Shown: in pieces, positions 47,590-56,843 of the stretch
Layout: the number at the start of each line of letters is the position of its first letter
Numbering within the stretch: position 1 is the stretch's first letter
Source of the DNA: Gemmatimonadaceae bacterium
GTDB lineage: Bacteria > Gemmatimonadota > Gemmatimonadetes > Gemmatimonadales > Gemmatimonadaceae
Length of the DNA: 61,785 bases
Direction of reading: 5' to 3'
Assembly: GCA_044224875.1 (NCBI GenBank)
Contig: JBGAJQ010000026.1
Location: 1 to 61,785, forward strand
Translations under genes and position numbers: made by a program
The notes under the pieces: generated by a model
Told to the model about the DNA's origin: nothing
Databases searched by the model: none
What the model saw: the letters and a program-made list of their open reading frames with translations, nothing else

Positions 47590-48878
47590 ATCCCACGCGA
47601 CTTTCGAAACACCACCGGTCAACTCACGTGTGCCAACGCGACGTCCGTGGAGGTCCGTTGTCCGACGCGCTCCGTGAGCATGTCCGCCTTTCGCCAAGTG
47701 AGGTTGGCGAATGCCATCGTCCAACCCGTCGCGACCGCGCTCGTGGCGTTCGCCGCAACGCGCCACAGGGTTTTGCACTCTTTGCTGCCTTGGTCGCCGT
47801 GGTATTGGTCTCGGCGTTCATCGCGATGTCGTGGGCCATCACCCTGCGTGAGTTTCGTGCCTCGGTAGTCGGTGCATCGGCGGTGCGCGCGATGGAAGCA
47901 GCGGAGTACGCGTCCACGGCGCCGATGGAGCGGTGGACACCGGGCGACGCGCTCTCCATGCCCGTCGCGGCCATGCAAGGTCCATCGTCGACTGTCCTCG
48001 TGGGAGGGTCGACGGCCACGTGGCGAATGCAGCGGCTGACGTCGAGCACGTTCCTCACGCTGGGCGAAGGCCTGGATGGGGATACGCGCCGCCGGACGTC
48101 GTTACTGTTGCGGCTGTCGACGCCGGACTTCGATACCAGCGCCACGTTGACCGTTCGCGACTCGGCCATCGTCCACACCGGCGCCATGGTGAGTGGATTC
48201 GACGCTATCCCGCCGGGGTGGGGTGGTTTGACCTGTACGCTTCGCCCGGCCCAGGCGGCAACGGCGTCTCCGGACAGTACTCGCGTGTGCGATGGTACGT
48301 GTGGGGCGGCGGCCGGCGTTTCGGTGGTCGGACAGCCGGCGCGTCTGGCGGATACCTCGGCTTCGGACTCTGCCCGGTACACCCTATTCGGCGCAGAGAC
48401 GTGGACCACACTGGCCGCGCGCGCGACGGTGCGCCTGGCGGCACCCGTGGTCCTCACGCCCGCGCCGGCAGTGACCGGATCCCGCTGTGACCGAACAGCC
48501 AGCTCCAACTGGGGTGATCCGTCTCGCGGCTCCGCTTGCGCTGACTACTTCCCTGTGATTTACGCCGCCGGGGACGTCACCATGCACGGCGGGCGTGGCC
48601 AGGGCATCCTGCTGGCCGAAGGAGATGTCACGCTGGAGGGCGGCGCCGTGTTTGCCGGGATCATCGTCTCACGTGACGACGTTCGCTCCTCGACCGGCGG
48701 CGCGCACGTATTTGGCCGAGTGCTGGCGCAGGATCGCGATGTGTCGGACGGACGGCATCCCGAATTCGCGACTGGTGGACTGGTTGAGCGATCGAGCTGC
48801 GCCGAGGGGCGCGCCGTGGAAGGATCGGCGCCGCTGCGACGTGTGACCTCGAGGAGTTGGAGTCCTCTATACCAGTAG
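47586..48878 (+). CDS. Minor pilin (PilX-like; start uncertain)
   Basis: 'QG|FALFAALVAVVLV' lacking Glu5, as in PilX/GspK, then 'AMEAAE' and beta-helix-like 'GQGILLAEGDVTLEGGAVFAGII'. Confidence 0.7.
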   Translation: MNPTRLSKHHRSTHVCQRDVRGGPLSDALREHVRLSPSEVGECHRPTRRDRARGVRRNAPQGFALFAALVAVVLVSAFIAMSWAITLREFRASVVGASAVRAMEAAEYASTAPMERWTPGDALSMPVAAMQGPSSTVLVGGSTATWRMQRLTSSTFLTLGEGLDGDTRRRTSLLLRLSTPDFDTSATLTVRDSAIVHTGAMVSGFDAIPPGWGGLTCTLRPAQAATASPDSTRVCDGTCGAAAGVSVVGQPARLADTSASDSARYTLFGAETWTTLAARATVRLAAPVVLTPAPAVTGSRCDRTASSNWGDPSRGSACADYFPVIYAAGDVTMHGGRGQGILLAEGDVTLEGGAVFAGIIVSRDDVRSSTGGAHVFGRVLAQDRDVSDGRHPEFATGGLVERSSCAEGRAVEGSAPLRRVTSRSWSPLYQ

Positions 48879-49269
48879 GCGGTGGTAGGTGAAGCGTTCG
48901 CACCGCGTGCCGATGCTTCGAGACGACTGAGCACGCGTGACGTCACACGGTCACCCGGGTGACGTGACTCCGCTCACGGCCCTGCGGAAAATGCAAGGAA
49001 CGACGCAGCCTGCTGTTACCAAGGCTTCGCTCTGGTCGTGTGATTGGCAGAAAAGTCCGGTACCCGGGACAAAGTGTCCACTAGCGGGGCGCCGGAGACG
49101 TTTCCGGGAGAAGTGGCAGGTGCTCGACGATTGCTCTCCCGCGCGCGTCGATATCGTCAGTTACAACCCGATGACCGCACGGCGGTCGGTCGGTTCAGGA
49201 AATGAAAACTGCTCGGCCACTCATGGTCGAGGGACGAACCCGAACATCACCGCACAGCTCAGGATGCAT

Positions 49270-50313
49270 ATGGCGCTCTTCGGTCGCAAGAAGACAACGA
49301 TCGGTCTCGACATCGGGTCGGGTCTGATCAAGGTGGCTGTGGTAGACCACGGTCGCGGCGAGCCCGAGCTCGCGAAGGTGATCATCACGCCGCTGCTCGC
49401 CGACGCGATCGTCGAGGGTGAAGTGATGGACCCCGGGATCGTGACCGACGCCATTCGCGCCGCCCTCGAGCAGGCCGGGGTCAAGAGCAAGGACGTCGTC
49501 ACCGCCGTGGGCGGTCGTGACGTCATCATCAAGAAGATCCAGATCGAACGCGTGAAGGAGCAGCAAGCACGCGAGCTGATGCGATGGGAGGCCGAACAGC
49601 ACGTGCCATTCGACATGGAATCGGTGGAGCTGGACTTCCAGATCCTCGATCCCGAAGGCGACGGCATGGAGATGAGCGTGCTTCTGGTGGCGGCCAAGCG
49701 CGAGCTGATCGAATCCAAGATGCGTCTGCTCACGGACGCCGGGTTGAACCCGGCGGTCGTCGACGTCGACGCCTTCGCGTTGCACAACGCGTTTGAGGTG
49801 AATCACCCGGATGCCATGAACGGCGTCGTCGGGCTGATCAACATCGGACACGAAGTCACCAACATCAACATCCTGGACGAAGGCGTCCCGATCCTGACGC
49901 GTGACATCACCGTCGGCACGCGCCGCTTCCGCGAAGACCTGCAGCGCGAGCGCGGTCTGGGCGCGGACGAGGCGGATGCGCTGCTGCAGGGATACGATCG
50001 GTCACCGCACCTGGATGCGATCATCGAGGGTCGTGGCGAAGAGATCGCCGTGGGTGTCGAGCGTGCCGCCGCATTCCTCGCGTCGTCCACGCGCTCTGGC
50101 AGCCAGCTGCGCGCCGTGTACCTGTCCGGCGGCGGTGCTCGCGTGCCGGGGCTCGCCGAAGCGCTCGGTCGCCGGTTGCGTCTGACGGTCGAGCAGGCGA
50201 ACCCACTGGCCAACATCCGCGTGCGCGAAGGCGCCTTGGACGGCCTCGTCACGGACGAAGTTGCTCCCCTGTTGATGCTCCCCATTGGTCTTGCGCTCCG
50301 CAAGGCTGCCTAG
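49270..50313 (+). CDS. pilM: Type IV pilus assembly protein PilM
   Basis: Actin-like 'IGLDIGSGLIKV', 'EAEQHVPF', 'VLLVAAK', 'LSGGGA' and 'IGLALR'. Confidence 0.93.
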   Translation: MALFGRKKTTIGLDIGSGLIKVAVVDHGRGEPELAKVIITPLLADAIVEGEVMDPGIVTDAIRAALEQAGVKSKDVVTAVGGRDVIIKKIQIERVKEQQARELMRWEAEQHVPFDMESVELDFQILDPEGDGMEMSVLLVAAKRELIESKMRLLTDAGLNPAVVDVDAFALHNAFEVNHPDAMNGVVGLINIGHEVTNINILDEGVPILTRDITVGTRRFREDLQRERGLGADEADALLQGYDRSPHLDAIIEGRGEEIAVGVERAAAFLASSTRSGSQLRAVYLSGGGARVPGLAEALGRRLRLTVEQANPLANIRVREGALDGLVTDEVAPLLMLPIGLALRKAA

Positions 50314-50341
50314 GCCCTCCCCTCGCTGATCCGTTACACCG

Positions 50342-51055
50342 ATGATCGAAATCAACCTGCTGCCTGGTGCAGCAAAGAAATCGAAAGGGCGCGGGACTGG
50401 CCTCTCCCTGAAGGCCGTCGTCTCCGACGTCCAGACCAAGGTCAAGGACCCGTTCATGCTGGCGGCCGTAGGCAGTGTCACGATCGCGGCGCTGTCGATC
50501 GGGGGCTTGCACTTCACGCAGACCCGGCATGCCTCCTCGCTGGAAGAGCGCGCCGCCCAGGCGCAGCGCGACTCGGTCCGCTTTGCTGGCATCCTGAAGG
50601 AACGCCGTCGCGCCGAAGCAAAGCGCGACTCCGTGATGCGCGAACTCGAGATCATTCGCACGATCGACAATGATCGTTTCGTGTGGCCGCACATCATGGA
50701 CGAAGTCAGCCGCGCCCTGCCGCCCTTCACGTGGCTCAAGTCGCTGGCTGCGACCTCACCCGCGGCAGCGCCGGTGCAGCCGGCCAACGACAAGGACAAG
50801 AAGAAGTCCGATGCGCCGCCTCCACCCGAGGCGCTCAAGTTCCGCGTCATCGGCAACACGGTCGACATCCAGGCGCTCACGCGGTTCATGAAGCTCCTCG
50901 AGGCGTCGCCCTTCATCCAGAATGTGCAGCTCGCGAAGTCGGAAGCGGTGATCGCCGATGGAAAGGAAGTCACCGAGTTCCAGCTCGACGCTGAATACGA
51001 GCGCCCCGACAAGGCGTCGCTCACGACCGCTCCCGTTTCGCTGAGTGTGAGGTAA
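50342..51055 (+). CDS. pilN: Type IV pilus assembly protein PilN
   Basis: 'MIEINLLP', TM, coiled coil and 'RFMKLLEASPFI'. Confidence 0.9.
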   Translation: MIEINLLPGAAKKSKGRGTGLSLKAVVSDVQTKVKDPFMLAAVGSVTIAALSIGGLHFTQTRHASSLEERAAQAQRDSVRFAGILKERRRAEAKRDSVMRELEIIRTIDNDRFVWPHIMDEVSRALPPFTWLKSLAATSPAAAPVQPANDKDKKKSDAPPPPEALKFRVIGNTVDIQALTRFMKLLEASPFIQNVQLAKSEAVIADGKEVTEFQLDAEYERPDKASLTTAPVSLSVR

Positions 51056-51057
51056 CG

Positions 51058-51654
51058 ATGGCTCTCCTGCCGAAGAACCAACGCGATCAGGCGATGACGC
51101 TCGTCAGCATCATCGGTCTGGCGCTGATTGGCCTGTACTGGGTCTACGTCTACTCGCCCAAGCGCGAGACCCTGGCGTCGACCGAGATTCGGGTCGACTC
51201 CCTTGAAGCCAAGAACAACGCGGCCCGGAAGGAAATGGCCACGGGCTCCGTCGAGAAAGTGAAGGGTGAGGCGCTGAAGTTCGAGAAGGACCTCGACGTC
51301 ATGCGCCAGCTCGTGCCGACGGGCAATGAAGTCCCGGCCTTGCTCGAGCAAGTGTCCACCGCCGCTCGGCGCGTTGGGCTGGACATCGCGACGGTCGAAC
51401 CGGAAGCCGTGGTCGAAGGCGACCAGTTCGACACCTATCGCTACAAGCTCGCCGTCTCCGGCGGCTATCACGCCGTGGGTGAGTTTCTCACCAACGTCGG
51501 GTCGCTGACGCGCATTGTGGCGCCGGTGAACGTGTCGCTGGCGAACACCGCCAACCGCAATCAGAAGGGCGCGCGCGACGCGCTCGATGCCAAGTTCGAA
51601 GTGCAGACGTACGTGTCGAAGACCGCGCCGCGGGCGCGGGGAGGCAAGTCATGA
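51058..51654 (+). CDS. pilO: Type IV pilus assembly protein PilO
   Basis: TM and coiled coil, 'LVPTGNEVPALLEQV' and 'GGYHAVGEFL..VGSLTRIV'. Confidence 0.9.
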   Translation: MALLPKNQRDQAMTLVSIIGLALIGLYWVYVYSPKRETLASTEIRVDSLEAKNNAARKEMATGSVEKVKGEALKFEKDLDVMRQLVPTGNEVPALLEQVSTAARRVGLDIATVEPEAVVEGDQFDTYRYKLAVSGGYHAVGEFLTNVGSLTRIVAPVNVSLANTANRNQKGARDALDAKFEVQTYVSKTAPRARGGKS

Positions 51655-52274
51655 AGCGCGCCCTGTCAGCGCTCGCCGCCGTGGTCGTTGCCGCCAGCTC
51701 CATCGGTGCGCAATCCACACCGCCGATCGCTCGTACCAAGCTCGTCGCCACCCACGCGGTGAACCAGACGAACGCCCATACGTCGACCATGCAGAACGCC
51801 ACCGACTCCATCCCCGCTGCCAAGGCAACGGGGAAGCCGTCGGCCGAGGCGTCGAAGCCGGTAGAAGCGACCAAGGCCGACACCATACCGCCGGCGCGCG
51901 AGGTTGAAAGTTCGGCAGGTGCAACCGAGAAGACCAGCGCCGCCGGTGGTTTCGAGCGCGAGATCTTCTACTACGAGCGCAACGGCCGTCGCGACCCCTT
52001 CCAGTCGCTCATGACCTCGAGCGACCTGCGCCCGCTGATCAGCGACATCAAGCTGGTGGCGGTCGCCTACGACGTGTCGGGCCGCAACTCGGTCGCCGTC
52101 CTGCGTGACCTCAATACCAAGGACCAATACCGCGTGCGGATCGGTCAGACGTTAGGCCGCATGCGCGTGTCCGCCATCAATCCGAAGTTCATCACGTTCA
52201 CCATTGAAGAATTCGGCTTCAGCCGCCAGGAAACGCTGGCGCTGGGTGATTCCAACACAGGGAGCTCGAAATGA
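51651..52274 (+). CDS. pilP: PilP-like pilus assembly protein
   Basis: Lies between pilO and pilQ; 'RRDPF' motif and 'YRVRIGQTLG'. Confidence 0.7.
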   Translation: MKRALSALAAVVVAASSIGAQSTPPIARTKLVATHAVNQTNAHTSTMQNATDSIPAAKATGKPSAEASKPVEATKADTIPPAREVESSAGATEKTSAAGGFEREIFYYERNGRRDPFQSLMTSSDLRPLISDIKLVAVAYDVSGRNSVAVLRDLNTKDQYRVRIGQTLGRMRVSAINPKFITFTIEEFGFSRQETLALGDSNTGSSK

Positions 52275-54292
52275 GGCGAGTCTGTATGCTGGTCGCCCTC
52301 GCGACCGCAGCGCTGGCGCTCGGTCCAAGTCGCGTCCATGCCGCGCCCCCGCGCCATGCCGTCGCCCCCGCGACGGAGGTTAGCGGGATCACTGCGCTCA
52401 GCATCGTCCCGGGGGAGGGGAAAGCCGACGTCGTCATCGCCGTCTCCGGACCGGTGACCGTTCAGGACTTCACCGTACCATCACCCGATCGCATCGTCCT
52501 CGACATCAGTGGCGCCAAGCTGACGCCCCTGGCCCGGGCCTACGATCGTCAGGTGCGCGGCGGCATCACCAACGTGCGCATGTCGCAATACCGCACGGAT
52601 GTCGTTCGCATCGTCCTCGACCTGGACGCGCCCCATGCCTACGCCGTGCAAACGACGGACAACGGCATCCGCGTCTCGCTCGAATCGGCTGAGACTTTCG
52701 CGGCCTGGCACTCGATGGACATGGCGCCGGTAGCGACCGCGGTCGCCGACGCTACGGCCACCGCCAAGCCGTCAGCACCAACGGTCTCGACGGGATCGGT
52801 GATCGATGCCGCCGAGCCGGATACCGTGATCAAGAAGAGCGAGTCTGCCGCGACGACCACGCAAGTGGCTGACGCCGGCGTCATCGAGGCGCCAGTCAAG
52901 GCCACCGCGCCGGCCCGGCCGGCCAGGTCGCCCCTCTTCACTGGCCAGTCGCAACAGTCGCGCATCACCGTCACCTACCAGGACGCTGAAATTCGCGACG
53001 TCCTCGCCGCCTTCGCGTCGTTCTCCGGCCGCACCATCGTTGTCGGCCGCGAAGTCAAGGGAACCGTGACCGCCGAGATCAAGGACCAGCCGTGGGACGT
53101 GGCCCTCAAGTCCATTCTCGAAGCACAGGGTCTGGCCGCGAGTGAAGAGACGTCAGGCATCATCACGGTCGATTCCTACGACAACATCCTCAAGAAGCAG
53201 GCGAGCGAGCCGCTGACCACGCAGATGGTCAACATCAACTACGTGTCGGCCGGCAGCTTGGTGGAGACCGTCCGCGGCCTCCTGTCGAAGGACTGCGCCC
53301 CCGGCGCGACGTCCTCCGCACAGCAGGGCGCCTCTGGTCCGTCGAACTGCATCACACGCGGAAACGTTGCCGCTGACTCGGCGACGAACGCGCTGCTCAT
53401 TACCGAAGTCGCCTCGCGCCTCCCGGACCTGTTGCAGTATGTGAAGCAGCTGGACGTCCGCACTCCGCAGGTTGCCTTGAAGGCGAAGGTCATCTCGGTG
53501 TCCCGCACGCAGGTCGAACAGCTGGGTATCAGCTATGACCTTGGGAGCGAAGCAGCCTACTTCAATACGCTGGTCCCCCGGGCTCGCCCAGGTGGCGACG
53601 GCACGCAGACGGACGACAAGGAAGGGCGCATCACGTTAGGCGGCGACGCCCTCGCGGGTGTGGCCAACGCCTCACGCAAGTACAAGCAGGGTGCGGCGCT
53701 CAACCTGCTCTTCTCAACGGCGCTCGGCAACTTCACGCTGACGTCATTCATCGACGCGCTACGCTCACAGAACCTCTCCGACATTCAGGCGGAGCCGAGC
53801 GTGGTCACGCTGGACAATCGCGAAGCCCGCATCCTCGTTGGCCAGGAAACTCCGGTTCGCGTCATCGACGCCGGATCGGCGGCCCAGATCGGCCAGCCGG
53901 TGCGTGCCAACGTACAGTTCAAGGAAACCGGTATCATCCTCACGGTCACCCCGCACATCACGAACAACCGGCAGATCCGCATGCAGATCGAGGCGGAGCA
54001 GTCGGAACTGCGCATCGTGGGCGGCGACCTGGGCTTCTTCATCGACAAGCGGAACGCCCGCACGCAGCTGTTGGTGCGTGACGGTGAGACCGCGGTGATC
54101 GGCGGGCTCACGCAGACGCAGATCGTGAAGAACCGCTCCGGCATCCCGATCCTGGGCGACCTCCCGCTGCTCGGCAAGCTGTTCTCGCAGTACGATGAGC
54201 AGGAGGACAAGAAGGACCTTCTGATCCTGATCACGCCGCACATCATCGATGACGGCGAGCCGGTTCGTCCCCCCGGCGGCAACAACGAGTGA
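52271..54292 (+). CDS. pilQ: Type IV pilus secretin PilQ with AMIN domain
   Basis: AMIN 'PDRIVLDI...VRIVLDL', 'PWDVAL', and secretin motifs 'LLVRDGETAVIGGL', 'GIPILGDLPLLGKLF', 'LLILITPHII'. Confidence 0.93.
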   Translation: MRRVCMLVALATAALALGPSRVHAAPPRHAVAPATEVSGITALSIVPGEGKADVVIAVSGPVTVQDFTVPSPDRIVLDISGAKLTPLARAYDRQVRGGITNVRMSQYRTDVVRIVLDLDAPHAYAVQTTDNGIRVSLESAETFAAWHSMDMAPVATAVADATATAKPSAPTVSTGSVIDAAEPDTVIKKSESAATTTQVADAGVIEAPVKATAPARPARSPLFTGQSQQSRITVTYQDAEIRDVLAAFASFSGRTIVVGREVKGTVTAEIKDQPWDVALKSILEAQGLAASEETSGIITVDSYDNILKKQASEPLTTQMVNINYVSAGSLVETVRGLLSKDCAPGATSSAQQGASGPSNCITRGNVAADSATNALLITEVASRLPDLLQYVKQLDVRTPQVALKAKVISVSRTQVEQLGISYDLGSEAAYFNTLVPRARPGGDGTQTDDKEGRITLGGDALAGVANASRKYKQGAALNLLFSTALGNFTLTSFIDALRSQNLSDIQAEPSVVTLDNREARILVGQETPVRVIDAGSAAQIGQPVRANVQFKETGIILTVTPHITNNRQIRMQIEAEQSELRIVGGDLGFFIDKRNARTQLLVRDGETAVIGGLTQTQIVKNRSGIPILGDLPLLGKLFSQYDEQEDKKDLLILITPHIIDDGEPVRPPGGNNE

Positions 54293-54312
54293 GCAACCAC
54301 GGAGCCATCACG

Positions 54313-56766
54313 ATGAGGCATATCATCCATCGCGCGGTTTCGGCGGCCACCGGCATCTTTGCCGTGCTCACACTCGTGAGCTGCGACGCGACCCAGGTCG
54401 CGTCGGTGACCTCCGACCGCATCATCCCCACGGTGTCGGTAGACATCGAAAGCGCTGTCGGGTCGTTGGGTTTCGACTCGGTGTCGGTGCGCTCGCCACT
54501 GCAGGTGAAGGTGGTCGCCAGCGACAACGCCGCGCTCTTGAAGATCATCACGCGGGTCTTTGCGGACACCGCCGTGATCAAGGCAGATACCACCACGTTC
54601 CCAGTGTCCGCCACGGCGTACACACGGACCATGAACGTGACCTTGGCTGGCGTGCGCGCCGGCCAGGCGATCACCGTCGTCACGCAGGCCCTCGATGGTG
54701 CAGGCAACTCGTCCAGCAGCGAGGCGCAGGCGACTGCGTTCGATCCGAACGTCCCCAAGATGGCGTTCAATCAGCCCGCGGCGACGGTCATCATCGGTGG
54801 GACGTATTCGTTTGACCTGATCATCACGGACTCCACAGGCATCACCAAGGCGGGGTATCGCGCCACGGGCGTCGCCACGCGGGCTGACAGTACGCTCTTC
54901 CCGATTCCGCTGCCCAAGGTCGATACGCTGACGTACCTGATCAGCGTGCCCGGTAGCGCAACGGCGGGTTCCACGTTCATCATCACGCCGTTCGCCGAGA
55001 ATCGCGACGGGCTGCGCACGAACGGCACCCCGATCACGGTCCGAGTGCAGTCTCCGGGCGCCGATGTGCTGCCACCGCTCGTGTATCAGACGGTGCCGCC
55101 GCGCCTCGAAACGCCGGATTCGATCGACGTTCAGGCGCGCGATGCCGACGGCATCATCAAGGTCATCGGGTTCATCGCCAAGGACTCGGCGGGCACCATT
55201 CTTTATCGAAGTGCCGACACGCTCACCACGCCGTCGCAGCTGGTTACGCGACGCAAGCGATTCGGCGCGCCGATCGCGCTGCGCGGCCGCAACATGAATA
55301 TCACCGCCTACGCCATCGACCTCGCTGGTCACACCGGATGGGCCGTTCCACAGGGTGCGACCGTGCCGGTGGGAGACGACCTTCTCGCGAAGCGTGACGC
55401 CGCCGTCTACGCATTCGGTTTGACGTATGCGTTGCCTGCTGGTTCGCTCGGCGCCGACATCGCTGTCGACACCGCGCGTAGCACGCTGTTCGTCTCCAAC
55501 ATCACCAAGAACCAGGTGGAGGCCTTCACGTACGGCACCACGCTGGCGCAGCTTGCCGCCGTGTCGGTCGGAGCCATGCCATGGGGCATGATCATCGACA
55601 ACAGCAGCTCGTTGCTGCTGGTGGCCAACTCGGGCGGTACCAACATCTCGAAGGTGAACCTGACGAATCGCACCGAGGAAGGGCGCGTCAAGACGGCGAA
55701 CGAATACGTCTTCGACGTGACCTACACCAAGGACGACGCGTCGGGCGGCTTCAAGTTCAAGGTGGCACCACCGATCGATTATTCCGACCGTCCGCAGTAC
55801 ATAGCGCAGTCGGCGAGTGGAGCGCTCTACTACTCCACGCGCCCGACGACGTCGGCCACACCGGGTACCCTGCGTCGCATCGACAACTTTCTCGATGTGC
55901 GCACGGAACCACGGCAGATCTGGCAGTACGGTGCATTCCTCAAGGGACACTACGTCATCCTGAATGCCGACGACGTTGACGTCATCGAAGGGCAGAATGG
56001 CATCCCGGACCAGATCGTGATTTGCGAGCACACGCCAGGGCAGGAGCCATCCAGCGCGACGTGTGTCGCAAGTGGAACGGTCGAAGCGGCCATCGCCGCC
56101 CTTCGCAGTGCGCCGGTGAACGGAAACCTCGATGCGGTCAAGGACATGGACGTGGCATCGCTTGCCCTCCCTGACACGAACTTCGTGGCTGTTGGCGGCG
56201 ATCGGCGTCGCGTGGCCTTTGGCGAGGCAAACACGGGCAACCGTGCGGGCCGCGTCCTCTTGGTCTATGATCCAAGTGGCACGCCAGCGAGCGGTGCGCA
56301 GTACTCCGCGCCGATCGAAGTCGCCGACCTCACAAACAACGCGTCGGACAAGGTCTACGGTCTCGATATCAACCGGAACAGCAACAACATCGGTGTGCAC
56401 GGCGTCGAAACGTTCTTCGCCGACTCATCGCTGCGGTTGCAGGGCAAGTTCGCCACCTTCAACACGGGCGCCGGTATCGCCTTCCACCCCTTCAACGCGG
56501 ACGAAAACACCGCGGACGCGAGTCAGCGAGTCGTCTTCGTGGCGTCGGGTGACAAGTCGATCCAGATCGTCGACAGCTACTCCTACCGGTTGCGTGGGCG
56601 TATCCCGATCCGTGCCAACTTGTATGGCCCGCTTCGCGCCGTCCTCCCGACCGCTGCCGAACTATCGACCGATTCCACACTGGTTGTGAAGCTCTTCGGC
56701 TTGACCGCAGAGGGTGTGATCGTCATAGATGTACGCACAGGAGACATCGATAACGTCAGCCACTAG
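54313..56766 (+). CDS. Large lipoprotein with Ig-like domains and C-terminal beta-propeller (function unknown)
   Basis: Lipobox LVS-C; Thr/Val-rich beta-sandwich repeats ('ALDGAGNSSS', 'AIDLAGH'); YncE-like 'VSVGAMPWGM...LLVANSGGTNISKVNL'. Confidence 0.7.
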   Translation: MRHIIHRAVSAATGIFAVLTLVSCDATQVASVTSDRIIPTVSVDIESAVGSLGFDSVSVRSPLQVKVVASDNAALLKIITRVFADTAVIKADTTTFPVSATAYTRTMNVTLAGVRAGQAITVVTQALDGAGNSSSSEAQATAFDPNVPKMAFNQPAATVIIGGTYSFDLIITDSTGITKAGYRATGVATRADSTLFPIPLPKVDTLTYLISVPGSATAGSTFIITPFAENRDGLRTNGTPITVRVQSPGADVLPPLVYQTVPPRLETPDSIDVQARDADGIIKVIGFIAKDSAGTILYRSADTLTTPSQLVTRRKRFGAPIALRGRNMNITAYAIDLAGHTGWAVPQGATVPVGDDLLAKRDAAVYAFGLTYALPAGSLGADIAVDTARSTLFVSNITKNQVEAFTYGTTLAQLAAVSVGAMPWGMIIDNSSSLLLVANSGGTNISKVNLTNRTEEGRVKTANEYVFDVTYTKDDASGGFKFKVAPPIDYSDRPQYIAQSASGALYYSTRPTTSATPGTLRRIDNFLDVRTEPRQIWQYGAFLKGHYVILNADDVDVIEGQNGIPDQIVICEHTPGQEPSSATCVASGTVEAAIAALRSAPVNGNLDAVKDMDVASLALPDTNFVAVGGDRRRVAFGEANTGNRAGRVLLVYDPSGTPASGAQYSAPIEVADLTNNASDKVYGLDINRNSNNIGVHGVETFFADSSLRLQGKFATFNTGAGIAFHPFNADENTADASQRVVFVASGDKSIQIVDSYSYRLRGRIPIRANLYGPLRAVLPTAAELSTDSTLVVKLFGLTAEGVIVIDVRTGDIDNVSH

Positions 56767-56800
56767 CGACGCATCGATAGCGCAACGACCTCAAGTCACG

Positions 56801-56827
56801 CGAGCCCGGCCTCCTTGGCCGGGCTCG
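56801..56827 (+). terminator. Probable intrinsic terminator after the pilMNOPQ-lipoprotein operon
   Basis: 11-bp stem CGAGCCCGGCC / GGCCGGGCTCG followed by TCGTTTGT. Confidence 0.6.
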
Positions 56828-56843
56828 TCGTTTGTGGAGACCC

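Noticed and set aside
48975..49030. Loose resemblance to a c-di-GMP-I (GEMM) riboswitch (GAAA loop followed by GACGCA..GCC) upstream of pilM
   Set aside because: The stem is weak and the GGCAAAC and tetraloop-receptor elements are not evident. An Infernal search against the Rfam c-di-GMP-I model would be needed.
53785..56400. Long antisense or alternate-frame ORFs (for example 871 aa here; also 5024-6460, 13921-15573, 26885-28375, 50002-51471)
   Set aside because: They are shadows of well-supported genes on the opposite strand in high-GC DNA, with no recognisable motifs.
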